DNA of 64,000 bases from an uncultured delta proteobacterium (GTDB lineage: Bacteria > Desulfobacterota > RBG-13-43-22), in NCBI GenBank assembly GCA_963711835.1, contig CAVQFQ010000017.1:256001-320000 (forward strand), given 5' to 3'. Made by a program: the position numbers and the translations under genes. Shown one piece after another: positions 54,489 through 64,000 of this stretch (positions are counted from its first letter, which is position 1; the number at the start of each line of letters is the position of its first letter). The notes under the pieces were generated by a model, which saw only the letters and a program-made list of their open reading frames with translations, did not search any database and was not told the DNA's origin.

Positions 54489-54997
54489 ACTCGCGATCCT
54501 TTCTTGCCTGGTGAGGGTTTGATTTTTTGGGTCTGGGGATGGCCCCTTTTGGCTTTGTTACAATCCGTTGGCGCCATTTTTTCCTCCTTTGGTTTGACGA
54601 TGATGAGCTGGCTCTCGAGGCCATTTCGTAATAGGCCGATCTGCTCCATCAACTTGGGATAGACCGGGTCTTGTTCCCTGGGGAGGGCGATGATAATTTC
54701 AGTCATATTATGATCCCTGGAAAACTGCCTGGTCACCTCAACCAGGTCTTCGGTGGAATAAAAAATTTCCAGATTGATTTTTTCGGCCCGGGCTTTTTGA
54801 ATGAGATCTTCAAATTTTATGCGTTGGAGATCATCCTTTTCCAAGGAAGGAGAAGAAAGCTCCTCCCCTTGAGAGGAAGGCGAAAATATTAAAAAGAATA
54901 TCTTGGCCGGATTCCGCTTGGCAAACTCGATCGCAAAATAGGTCGCTGTGAGGGAGAGCCCTGAAAAATTTTCTATGGGTACTAAAAGTTTATTCAT
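54476..54997 (-). CDS. Universal-stress-protein-like hypothetical
   Basis: MNKLLVP...A..FA..A start with USP-like pattern; start moved downstream of the sigma54 promoter. Confidence 0.55.
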   Translation of the reverse strand: MNKLLVPIENFSGLSLTATYFAIEFAKRNPAKIFFLIFSPSSQGEELSSPSLEKDDLQRIKFEDLIQKARAEKINLEIFYSTEDLVEVTRQFSRDHNMTEIIIALPREQDPVYPKLMEQIGLLRNGLESQLIIVKPKEEKMAPTDCNKAKRGHPQTQKIKPSPGKKGSRVWPS

Positions 54998-55020
54998 TTC
55001 CGGCCTCGCCCCGTTGTAAA

Positions 55021-55035
55021 GCAAGTACGAGGCCA
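55021..55035 (-). promoter_or_regulatory. sigma54 promoter
   Basis: Minus strand TGGC-CTCGTAC-TTGC; AT-rich tract and activator-like sites upstream. Confidence 0.75.
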
Positions 55036-55287
55036 TTACTGATAATAAAGTATTTTCAATTGATTAAAATAAATAAAGCCGAATCCAGGGAACCAAATGC
55101 TTTAAAATGAAACAGTAAATCCTGGCCCTGAAGAGCGGAATCAAAAAAAACAGGGAGAACAACAAAGAAAAGAAGGAGTTGGGAGGGAGGAGCCGTGGAA
55201 AAGGCTGTTTCAATATGAAAAGAGGGCCGGAAGGGGTAGCCCTCGACGAATGGATAGCTTAAAAATCATGCAACATTGGGACAAACT

Positions 55288-56643
55288 CTATTTTTCAATC
55301 AATCCGTATTTGAGCATCTTCCTCCAAAGTGTGGTCCGCGACATCTTTAAGATGCCGGTGGCCTTCATCTTATTATGCTGAGTGGCCTCCAGGATTTTCT
55401 GGATATATTCCTTTTCCTTTTCTTCCCAGGAAACCCAGGGGGAGGCCCCGATGCTTTCCACTTCAAATTGTCTCAAATCTTCCGGAAGGTCGGAAGGTCC
55501 GATTAAATCCCCTTCCGATAGGGCTACGGAACTGGCCACAATATTTTCCAATTCCCGAACGTTGCCCGGAAAAGAATACCTCATCAGGGTTTCCAGGACC
55601 TCCCTGGAAAAGCTGCGGACTTTTTTCTTATAGGCTTGATTATACTTCTCAAGAAAAAAATTCAGTAAAACCGGTATATCCTCCTTTCGTTCCCTCAGCG
55701 CCGGGACCTTTATCTGGACCACTTTCAGCCGATAAAAGAGATCTTCCCGGAAGCGGCCTTCCTTGACTTCCTTTTCCAACTCCCGGTTGGTAGCGCTGAC
55801 GATGCGGATATCCAGATCAATGGGCTTAATCCCTCCTAAGCGAAAAATTTTCCTTTCCTGGATCACCCGCAGGAGTTTTACCTGCATGGACGAAGGCATC
55901 TCCTCAATTTCATCTAAGAGGAGCGTCCCACCCTGGGCGGCCTCCATAAGGCCGATCTTGGTCGAATCGGCCCCGGTGAAGGCCCCTTTCTCGTGGCCGA
56001 AAAGTTCATTGGCAATTAAATCTTCCGAAAATCCCCCGCAGTTAAGGTCTATAAAAGGATGGGTCATTCGCTGGCTGTTTTGATGAATAGAACGGGCGAC
56101 CAGTTCCTTTCCGGTTCCACTCTCCCCTTGAATCAGGACATTGCAGTCAATCCGGGATACTTTGGTGATGGCCTGCAGCAACTCCTTGATTTGGGCACTG
56201 ATGCCTATAAAGCCCTCAAAGGGGACCTTTTGGCCGAGCTCTTTCCGAAGCTGTTGGTTTTCATGGGAAAGCGTGAGATGATCAACGGCCCTGCCGACGA
56301 TGGCCAGGACCTGGTTAGGGGAGAAGGGCTTGGCTAAATAATAAAAGGCCCCTTTTTTAACAGCTTCCACCGCCTGATCCAGGGTGGCATAGCCGGTAAT
56401 GAGGATGACCTCGGTTCCGGGATACTCCTTTTTAATTCGTTTCAGAATTTCCAGTCCATCCATATCCGGCAGTCGAATATCGGAGAGGATCAACTGAAAA
56501 TTTTTTTCGGCCATTCTTTGAAGGGCCGTCCGGCCTTCCCCGAAGGTCTCCACCTCATAAGAGCCCTTCTTAAAAATCTGCTTCAGCCTTTGGCAGACGA
56601 TGGGCTCGTCGTCAATAACGGCCAAGCGTATTTTTCGGTCCAT
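55288..56643 (-). CDS. NtrC-family sigma54 response regulator
   Basis: REC, GESGTGKE, GAFTGA, HTH. Confidence 0.95.
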   Translation of the reverse strand: MDRKIRLAVIDDEPIVCQRLKQIFKKGSYEVETFGEGRTALQRMAEKNFQLILSDIRLPDMDGLEILKRIKKEYPGTEVILITGYATLDQAVEAVKKGAFYYLAKPFSPNQVLAIVGRAVDHLTLSHENQQLRKELGQKVPFEGFIGISAQIKELLQAITKVSRIDCNVLIQGESGTGKELVARSIHQNSQRMTHPFIDLNCGGFSEDLIANELFGHEKGAFTGADSTKIGLMEAAQGGTLLLDEIEEMPSSMQVKLLRVIQERKIFRLGGIKPIDLDIRIVSATNRELEKEVKEGRFREDLFYRLKVVQIKVPALRERKEDIPVLLNFFLEKYNQAYKKKVRSFSREVLETLMRYSFPGNVRELENIVASSVALSEGDLIGPSDLPEDLRQFEVESIGASPWVSWEEKEKEYIQKILEATQHNKMKATGILKMSRTTLWRKMLKYGLIEK

Positions 56644-56807
56644 GGGATTGTCCTTGTTTTCCTTAAGTCCCTTATATATAATCTTAAGAAAAAGTTTACA
56701 ACTCCAAATTCCTTAATGTCCTTACAAAGTTGGAGGCCATAGTCTCCAGGCTTTTACACGGAATTGGGTCCGGGCTTCAATCCATTCGCCCCAATCGAGC
56801 AGCCGTT

Positions 56808-58370
56808 ATGTCTCCTGAAAATCCGATCGATCCGGAAACCCTCCTAACGACCTCGATCCATTCCGGGGCTTCTTCCGACAGGAATACCGAAGGAGAAGGC
56901 CGGGTATTGGCGGGAAAGCCTCGCTTAAGCATTCGCATCCGGATCACCCTGGGATTCTTCATCTGTTTTCTTATGGCCCTGGGCATCACCTTGGCCTCCC
57001 TATTTGTCATTTTCCGAATGGAAGAAAAACTTTATTTTTTGGAGGTAGCGGATAATTTTTCTTTTGAAATCCAACAGGCCCGAAGGTTTGAGAAGAATTA
57101 TTTCCTGTACGGGACGAACCTGCCGGAGGCCTTAAGCCATATGGATACGGCCTTAACCTTATTGGGAACCAATAAGGTTAAAATCGCCGGGGTCATAGGA
57201 AAGGATAATTACTCTACCCTGATCAGCCATGCGGAAACCTACCGGACGCTTTTGGAAAACTTGCACATTGTAGTCCAAAAAAAAACAACCGAGGCTTCCG
57301 TCCAGCAAAGCAGACTGGAGTCGGACCTTCGCATCCATGGTGCAGAGATGATTTCCCTGGCCTTCAATTTAGTCCAGAAAGAACGCCAATCGGTTGAAGA
57401 AATGCTCGCCTGGGCGCGTCGGGTGCCCATCTATTTTTTAGTTTTTCTCTTTTTATTAATGGGCTATTTGGCCCATCTTTTAACCCGGCAAATATTGGGG
57501 CCTTTAAAGCAGGTCCTGGGATTTACCCAACGCATTTCCCAGGGGGACTTTACTCCGATCATCCCGTCCCGGCCCTATAAAGATGAATTTTCAGTACTGA
57601 TCCTGGCCATGGATCGTATGCTCAAAGAACTCAGCCGCCGGCAGGAAATACTGGTCCAGTCCCATAAACTCCGGGCCGTAGGCAACCTGACGGCCGGCGT
57701 GGCCCATGAATTGAACAACCCCATCAATAACATCACCCTGACCGCCCACCTGCTCCTGGAGGATTATAAGGAATTATCGGATGCGGAGCGAACGGAAATG
57801 ATCCAGGACCTGATCAGTCAAGCGGATCGATCCCAAGGGATCATTCGAAACCTGCTCGATTTTGCCCGAGAAGGCGAATCCAAAATAGAACCCCTCGATC
57901 TGGGACAGATCATCCAGGAAACGGTCCGATTGGCCGGCAATCAGATCAAGCTTTGCGGGGCCCACTTGGATGTCAGCATATTGCCCCATCTCCCCCGCAT
58001 CCACGGGGACCACCAGCAATTAGCCCAGGTTTTCCTGAATATTCTTTTAAATGCCCTGGATGTCCTCCCCAAGGGGGGACGGATTCAGATCTCCGTGGCC
58101 CACGAAGAACCCAATTTTTTATCCGTGAAGATCACCGATAATGGACCCGGGATACCCGAACATATCCTGCCGAATATATTTGATCCCTTCTTCACCACCA
58201 AAACCAAGGGGAAGGGAACCGGGCTGGGCCTGTCGGTTTCCCATGGCATTGTCGCGCGCCACGGGGGCCAAATCAAGGCTTCCAGTAAGGTGGGAATTGG
58301 GACGACCTTTACGATTGTTCTGCCCATCACGACCATCCCGGCCCTGGAATTATCCCCCAAATTAGAATAG
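56808..58370 (+). CDS. Membrane HAMP histidine kinase (paralog of 49745-51301)
   Basis: Shared FEIQQARRFEKNxFLY; AHELNNP; start uncertain (ORF opens at 56730). Confidence 0.92.
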   Translation: MSPENPIDPETLLTTSIHSGASSDRNTEGEGRVLAGKPRLSIRIRITLGFFICFLMALGITLASLFVIFRMEEKLYFLEVADNFSFEIQQARRFEKNYFLYGTNLPEALSHMDTALTLLGTNKVKIAGVIGKDNYSTLISHAETYRTLLENLHIVVQKKTTEASVQQSRLESDLRIHGAEMISLAFNLVQKERQSVEEMLAWARRVPIYFLVFLFLLMGYLAHLLTRQILGPLKQVLGFTQRISQGDFTPIIPSRPYKDEFSVLILAMDRMLKELSRRQEILVQSHKLRAVGNLTAGVAHELNNPINNITLTAHLLLEDYKELSDAERTEMIQDLISQADRSQGIIRNLLDFAREGESKIEPLDLGQIIQETVRLAGNQIKLCGAHLDVSILPHLPRIHGDHQQLAQVFLNILLNALDVLPKGGRIQISVAHEEPNFLSVKITDNGPGIPEHILPNIFDPFFTTKTKGKGTGLGLSVSHGIVARHGGQIKASSKVGIGTTFTIVLPITTIPALELSPKLE

Positions 58371-58391
58371 CCTGGAGGTTAAGCCCAGCCC

Positions 58392-58985
58392 ATGAAGGTT
58401 TTGCCCTCTACCATTCGAGGACAGGTCATCCTGGCCTTTTCGGCCTGCTTTCTTTTTATGGCTTTGATGATCGGGATCAACTATTGGAACGGCCACCGCC
58501 TGAGCGAATCCATGCTTGTTTTGCTCATCCTGTTGGGGAGTGTCGTCTTTTTTATCGGGGAGAAGATCGTCCGTCCTCTGGCCCGGATCACCCGGGAATC
58601 CGAGGCCATTGCCCGGGGTGATTTCCAGGGGCTGATTTCTCCTTTTGGAGGTCCCAATAATGAAATTTACAGCCTCATTGTCGCCCTTAACCGCATGATG
58701 ACTGAATTGGAAAGCCGGAAGGAACAACTGGTCCAATCAGGTAAAATTGCCGCGGTCGGCAGCCTGACCTCGGGGATCGCCCACAAACTCAATAATCCCA
58801 TCAACAATATCGTTTTGACCCTTGAAACCCTGGTCGAAGACAATCAAACCATGCCACCTGAGGAGCGCCTCCAGCTATACCAGGAGGCCTTGGATCAGGC
58901 CGATCGGGCCGCTGATATTGTTAAAAATCTCCTCGAATTTTCAAGGGCCAATCATCCCCGATCGGAAAAACGGCCCGCTAAGTAA
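58392..58985 (+). pseudogene. Truncated histidine kinase (TM-HAMP-DHp only)
   Basis: No sensor domain between TMs, AHKLNNP, no ATPase domain. Confidence 0.7.
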
Positions 58986-59120
58986 CCCCGGGCAGCCGTT
59001 TATTCTGCGCCCGGCTTTCGGGTAATGGATGCCTTTTAATTGTTTCAAATTAGAACAGAGCATCTCCTCCCTTCAGAGCGCTTATTCGTAAGCTGGTTGA
59101 TTTATTTAGTTTTTATTGTT

Positions 59121-59136
59121 TGGCATTCATTTTGTA
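59121..59136 (+). promoter_or_regulatory. Probable sigma54 promoter
   Basis: TGGCAT-TCATT-TTGT with TGTTTCAAATTAGAACA at 59041 and an AT-rich tract between. Confidence 0.55.
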
Positions 59137-59244
59137 ATAGTGAGTCATAGACAAAATACCGGATCTTTCGCCCTTAGGCCGTAAGGGGATCAGATCCGAT
59201 TATCAGGGAATAGGCCCTAACCTAATGAACAGCAGCAATCAGCT

Positions 59245-59655
59245 ATGGGCAAAGGAGAAACTATGGGCAGGCCTTTAGAAATATTAATTTTAGATGACGA
59301 ACCTATGGTGGGTCAGCGTCTTAAACCTGCCCTGGTGAAAGAGGGCTATCGGGTAGAGACCTTCACTGCTCCCAAGGAGGCCGTTGCCCGCCTGGAAGAA
59401 AAAAACTTTGATATCGTAGTTACTGACATTCGTATGGAAGAACTGGATGGGATGCAGGTCTTGGCGCGCGTTCTGCAAAAGTCGCCCACCACGAAGGTCA
59501 TCATGATTACCGGCTTTGCCACCTTGGAGATGGCCCATGAATCATTAAACCAAGGGGCCTTTGATTTCATCGCCAAACCGTTCCGAATCGGGAAAATCCG
59601 GGATACGATCCTGAAGGCAGTCAAGGCCCTGGAAAGAGAAAGGGACGCATTCTGA
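59245..59655 (+). CDS. Single-domain response regulator
   Basis: DDEP..TDIRM..TG..KPF; close to 51339-51746. Confidence 0.9.
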   Translation: MGKGETMGRPLEILILDDEPMVGQRLKPALVKEGYRVETFTAPKEAVARLEEKNFDIVVTDIRMEELDGMQVLARVLQKSPTTKVIMITGFATLEMAHESLNQGAFDFIAKPFRIGKIRDTILKAVKALERERDAF

Positions 59656-59745
59656 TGGATCCCGCTTTAACGAGTCACACTTATTTTTTAAATGGAGGTC
59701 TTCAGGAAGGAACCTCTGTTCCCGGGGAAAGGGGAGAGTAATGAG

Positions 59746-59904
59746 ATGAGAATTCACCGCAGCAGCATGGAGAAGATCCTGGATCAACAGGAGAGCGATA
59801 CCATTGTAACCAACCCCAGGCAGCCGGTCAGGACCTTATTCCGAAAAATCCGTTATCTTCTTGCCCTGTGGATCGAAAAAATAAAAAAACCATTCCGTTC
59901 ATAG
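59746..59904 (+). CDS. Small hypothetical protein
   Basis: Short ORF after GGAGAG; no recognised motif. Confidence 0.3.
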   Translation: MRIHRSSMEKILDQQESDTIVTNPRQPVRTLFRKIRYLLALWIEKIKKPFRS

Positions 59905-60330
59905 ACCCGCACTCAAAGACAGACCCCGCAAGAAGGTTCTCTTAACCTCGGCCCGAGCTGCCCGGCAACCTTTCTGATTTTTTCTCTGGCCTTAAGTCCG
60001 GTGACAATCCCTACCCAAGTAAGATCGCTTTTCTTTATCGGATGTTTGTAGAAAAAAACATCGATTTGAAAAGGGGATCGCTAACCATTGCGGCATTTTA
60101 CTTCTTGTCCATTTAATATTTGTTGGCTGAAGCATTTTGAATCAAGGGTGTGCAGAGTCCAGCGGTAAGGAATTATAGATTATACTTAATATTTTCAGTT
60201 TGTTATCTTTTTAGTGGGTATCTGCCTAAGTATTCCACCCTATTATTACCCTTGCCCTTAAGACCTACCGGTTTTTCTTCAGGCCACTATTTTCAATTGA
60301 TTTCAAGTAGATGAGCTGGAAAGATTTTTT

Positions 60331-60345
60331 TGGCCCCCTTTGTGC
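60331..60345 (+). promoter_or_regulatory. Probable sigma54 promoter
   Basis: TGGC-CCCCTTT-GTGC (GG-N10-GC); palindrome GATGTTT-N8-AAACATC at 60041. Confidence 0.55.
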
Positions 60346-60387
60346 ATTTCCTTTTATTGAACGTATTACAATGATAGGAGGGGCATC

Positions 60388-61299
60388 ATGTCTGAAAAAA
60401 ATCAAACCAAGGGTAGTCGGATGGTGGTCTTTGATCTAACCAGCAACCAGTGCGTCTGGTCCAAGGCGGGTGTATCCCAACCACGGGTTTGCCACAATGC
60501 CTTTGATTGCACGACCTGTGCCTTTGACAAGAAGGTTCAGCGGGAGTTCAAAGACTTAAAAGGCGAAAGGGCCAGCCGGAGGCTTGACAAAAAAAGATAC
60601 GGCACCGCTCCTTTCGAAGACCGAAAATGTCGTTATATGTTGTCCGGTCAGGTTTCTTTGAAATACTGTGTTCGAGGCTTCAACTGCGCCAATTGCGAAT
60701 ATGACCAGATGATGGAAGAAACCGGACTGGCCATGGCCTGCCAGGATCCTTCCTGTGAATTCGTGGCCGGATTTGCCGTTCCTGAGGATTATTATTTCCA
60801 TAAAGGTCACACCTGGGGCAGGGTGGAATACGGTGGCTGGGTACGCATCGGACTGGATGATTTTGCCGTTCGCCTTCTAGGGCCCTTGAATGCCCTGAGG
60901 CTGCCCAAGCTGGGTATGGCCGTCCGAGAGGGGGAGGCCGGATTTGATCTGAGCCGGGAAGAGCATCAAGCGGCCCTGCAAAGTCCGGTGGACGGTGTGG
61001 TGGTAGCGGTTAATCCCGAGGTCAATACCTCGGCCCAGGCCACTCACAGCCATCCCTATGGACCGGGCTGGCTGTTTATGGTCAAACCAACCCGGCTGCT
61101 TCCCAACCTGGGACATCTTTTCTCAGGAGAGTCGGCCCATAACTGGATGGAGGAGGAGGCCCACAGGCTTTATTCCCTGGTGGAAGGGACCACGGGGCGG
61201 AAATTAGCTTCGACGGGTGGCCGGGCCATTGACGACATTTATGGGAAGGTCCCGGGTCTGGATTGGGAGCGTCTGGTGCGGGATTTTTTAAATCCTTAA
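60388..61299 (+). CDS. GcvH-like protein with duplicated N-terminal Cys-rich motifs
   Basis: HTW..VRIGLDDFA..LG..SPVDGVVVAVN..PYGPGWL. Confidence 0.85.
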   Translation: MSEKNQTKGSRMVVFDLTSNQCVWSKAGVSQPRVCHNAFDCTTCAFDKKVQREFKDLKGERASRRLDKKRYGTAPFEDRKCRYMLSGQVSLKYCVRGFNCANCEYDQMMEETGLAMACQDPSCEFVAGFAVPEDYYFHKGHTWGRVEYGGWVRIGLDDFAVRLLGPLNALRLPKLGMAVREGEAGFDLSREEHQAALQSPVDGVVVAVNPEVNTSAQATHSHPYGPGWLFMVKPTRLLPNLGHLFSGESAHNWMEEEAHRLYSLVEGTTGRKLASTGGRAIDDIYGKVPGLDWERLVRDFLNP

Positions 61300-61901
61300 G
61301 CGATACATCCTGTTATCCCTCCCTGCAAAACCTTTTTCTGGTAGGCCACCTTTGCCTGACAGGAGGGACAAAAATGCAGGTTTAGGTCATCGACATTGGA
61401 GATCCCCGGGGAAAAACGCATCAGGCAACCCGGTTCGCGGCAATGGGAAAGGCCAAGGCTATGAGCGGTTTCGTGCAGGCATATTTTAGCCAACCTTTCC
61501 AGGAAAAGCTCCTGGGCGGCGCGGCTCCCATCCGGATTCAGGGAGAGGCGGGCCAAGGAAACCAGGGCAACCCGCTCTCCGAGGACAGCTTCTCCGAAAA
61601 CATAGGATAAAATTGGCAGGCAGATATCCAGGGCGGTTATCCCCACCCGGACCTGGTTGGCCGGCAGTCTCTGGGAAAGGCCGGTCAGAATCTTGCCGGC
61701 GTCAAATTGATTTCGGTTCGGCATATAGGCGTAGTCCGGGTTCGGCCAGGGAGCGGCCACCCGGGCCGGCCATTCCCAAACAGCCAAGAGATTGGCGGCC
61801 GCCACACTGCAAGCCAGTTCACTTACCTTCCCAAGAGAAACCACCTCAATGAGGGGATGCCGGGAGACTTCGTTATCTGATGCAGGCTGGACTTTCTTCA
61901 T
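61296..61901 (-). CDS. Archaemetzincin-family Zn metalloprotease
   Basis: RNQFDA, YVFGEA, HETAHSLGLSHC..CLM..CPSC. Confidence 0.9.
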   Translation of the reverse strand: MKKVQPASDNEVSRHPLIEVVSLGKVSELACSVAAANLLAVWEWPARVAAPWPNPDYAYMPNRNQFDAGKILTGLSQRLPANQVRVGITALDICLPILSYVFGEAVLGERVALVSLARLSLNPDGSRAAQELFLERLAKICLHETAHSLGLSHCREPGCLMRFSPGISNVDDLNLHFCPSCQAKVAYQKKVLQGGITGCIA

Positions 61902-61936
61902 CCCTGAGGAGTTAGGAAGGAGGTGTGATCCCTGGA

Positions 61937-63292
61937 TCAGGGAGAGGGTTTGGTAAGGCCAAACTTTTTTACTTTGCGCAGCAGCGTTCCCCGATCGATG
62001 GCCAATGTTTTTGCCGACTGGGTGATGTTCCAGTTCAAGCGGTCGAGGGTTCTACGCAGGTGGCGGGCTTCCATTTCTTCCAAGGTGACCATTTCCTCCG
62101 TCATCTCCTTCCCCAACTGCAGGAAGGTAAGCTCCCGGTCCCCGATCCAGGGGCCGCGGCTGATCACGACGGCCCTTTCAATCACATTTTTTAATTCCCG
62201 GACATTGCCAGGCCAGTCATAGGCGTGGAGGACTCGAAGACCTTCCGGGGTAAGGCCCGTAAACGGCTTGCCGGTTTCCCGGGCAAATTGTTGAAGAAAA
62301 AAATCGGCCAGGATGGGGATGTCTTCCTTCCGTTCCCTGAGGGGCGGGATCTGGAGGGAAATGACGTTGATGCGGTAGAAAAAATCCTGCCGGAATTGGC
62401 CGGCCCGGATCTGGAGGGCCAGATCCTGGTGGGAGGCGCAGACCAGGCGAAAGTCGCTGGTTATGGCCTGGCTTCCGCCCACCCTGAAAAAATTTTTTTC
62501 TTCCAGGACCCGGAGCAAATCCACCTGCATCTTCAAGGGAATGTCTCCGACCTCATCCAGAAAGAGGGTTCCGCCGTCGGCCATTTCAATCCGACCCCGG
62601 CGGGTTTTAATCGCCCCGGTAAAAGCCCCTTTTTCATGGCCAAAGAGTTCACTCTCCAAAAGACTTTCACTCTGAGCCCCGCAATTGATGGCCACGAAGG
62701 GTCCAAAGGCCCGGCTGCTGCGGGAATGGATGGCCCTGGCAATCAATTCTTTGCCGGTGCCGGTCTCTCCGCTGACCAGCACCGGTGCCTCGGCCGGGGC
62801 CACTTCCTCGATCAGTTTAAAGATCTCCAGCATGGAAGGGGAGCCGGAGACCAGGTCCTCAAAGATGATCTGTTCCCTTTCCGCCAGTCGTTCTTTCAGG
62901 AGGCGATTTTCTTCCAGGACCTGATGGTGCCGGAGAGTTTTTTCGATAACCAGGATCATTTGCTCCGGGTCCACAGGTTTAAGAAGGTAATCACTGGCCC
63001 CCCTTTTCATGGCCGTCACCGCGCTCTCAATCGAACCATAGGCGGTGATGATAATGACCAGGGACTGAGGGTATTTTTCGCGGACCTCTCCAAGCAATTC
63101 CAGGCCGTCCATGCCGGGCATTTTTATATCGACCAGCAGGAGATCATAATCCCTTTGGGCCAGCAGGGATAAGGCCCGAGGGCCGCTTTCAGCCGAATCG
63201 ACCTGAAAACCTTCTTTGACCAGCCAGGCGGATAAAGATTCCCGCATGGCTTCTTCATCGTCTACCACCATGATTCGGTTTTTAGGGTTCAT
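61937..63292 (-). CDS. NtrC-family sigma54 response regulator
   Basis: REC, GETGTGKE, GAFTGA, HTH. Confidence 0.95.
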   Translation of the reverse strand: MNPKNRIMVVDDEEAMRESLSAWLVKEGFQVDSAESGPRALSLLAQRDYDLLLVDIKMPGMDGLELLGEVREKYPQSLVIIITAYGSIESAVTAMKRGASDYLLKPVDPEQMILVIEKTLRHHQVLEENRLLKERLAEREQIIFEDLVSGSPSMLEIFKLIEEVAPAEAPVLVSGETGTGKELIARAIHSRSSRAFGPFVAINCGAQSESLLESELFGHEKGAFTGAIKTRRGRIEMADGGTLFLDEVGDIPLKMQVDLLRVLEEKNFFRVGGSQAITSDFRLVCASHQDLALQIRAGQFRQDFFYRINVISLQIPPLRERKEDIPILADFFLQQFARETGKPFTGLTPEGLRVLHAYDWPGNVRELKNVIERAVVISRGPWIGDRELTFLQLGKEMTEEMVTLEEMEARHLRRTLDRLNWNITQSAKTLAIDRGTLLRKVKKFGLTKPSP

Positions 63293-64000
63293 AATCTGCC
63301 CCCTTTTGCATTTCCTTTTCCGGCGATGTGGAGGGAAGAAAGATACGGAAGGTCGCTCCCTGACCTGGAGGGCTCTCAACCTCGATCCTTCCCCCATGTT
63401 CGGTGATGATGCCGTAGACCATGGACAAACCTAATCCTACACCTTGTAGCTCCTTTTTAGTGGAAAAAAACGGTTCGAAGATATGGGGCATATTCTCAGA
63501 TGAAATCCCCGGGCCGGTGTCCGTTATTTCAATCCAGATTTCCTTTTTTTTATGGTGTTGTCCTCCCCGGATGGTCAGGGTCCCCCCTTGGGGCATGGCT
63601 TCAAGGGCATTAAAAATCAGATTCATCAAGCACTGCTGGATCTGGGTCGGATCTCCCCAGAAGGTGAGCGGTTTTTTGAGAAAACCTTGGCTGATTATGG
63701 TTATTTTGGAAAGGTCCAGACGATGTCCGATCAAAAGGATGATTTGATCCAGGATCTCCTGTATAGCTACTTTGCGGGGCTCAATGCTCCGCTGGCGGGC
63801 AAAGGAAAGGAGATTGCCGATAATTTTGGCGGATCGTTGGGCCTCCCGGACGGAAAGGTCAAGCCATTTTTTGAAATCCTTCAGGTCTTCCGAGCTTGGC
63901 CGATGATCCTGCAGGGTCTTCAGGATAAGCTTGTTGAAATTTAAAATACTGCCCAGGGGATTATTGATCTCATGGGCCACCGAAGCGACTAATTTTCCCA
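63282..64000 (-). CDS. Histidine kinase (5' truncated by window edge)
   Basis: AHEINNP, N box, DTGPG, GVGLGL. Confidence 0.93.
   Translation of the reverse strand, partial: GKLVASVAHEINNPLGSILNFNKLILKTLQDHRPSSEDLKDFKKWLDLSVREAQRSAKIIGNLLSFARQRSIEPRKVAIQEILDQIILLIGHRLDLSKITIISQGFLKKPLTFWGDPTQIQQCLMNLIFNALEAMPQGGTLTIRGGQHHKKKEIWIEITDTGPGISSENMPHIFEPFFSTKKELQGVGLGLSMVYGIITEHGGRIEVESPPGQGATFRIFLPSTSPEKEMQKGADYEP

Overview
A 64 kb chromosomal segment from an anaerobic Desulfobacterota-like (deltaproteobacterial) organism; the taxon is inferred from gene content. 1-8.96 kb is core genome: rny-ymdB-tyrS, then a complete rrn operon (16S, tRNA-Ile, tRNA-Ala, 23S with an intervening-sequence-like expansion at helix 45, 5S). 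The most unusual structure is at 8.8-18.5 kb. The 5S gene and its terminator recur twice more with a diverged 5' part and an identical 3' end and terminator, and once more as a 3' fragment. Each copy bounds a separate accessory gene block (Mo-oxidoreductase operon; ECF sigma/alkylation-repair operon; vapBC plus a 75-bp IS21-like miniature), and no integrase is visible. The window continues with a LIV-type ABC transporter plus acyl-CoA ligase, a CoA-disulfide reductase-rhodanese, a REC-GAF/HK/acetylene-hydratase-like locus, corA, an Orange-protein (Orp/Mrp) cluster and a tandem DsrC-like protein. A ~20 kb sigma54-controlled region encodes TauE permeases, a TIGR02186 protein, a PEP-synthase-like dikinase lacking the pyruvate barrel, cytidylate-kinase-like proteins, many two-component proteins, a GcvH-like protein without the lipoyl lysine, and an archaemetzincin. 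Many spacers hold palindromic 7-8-mer tandem repeats. Four single-base frameshifts may be assembly errors. All calls come from reading motifs by eye; no database searches were run.
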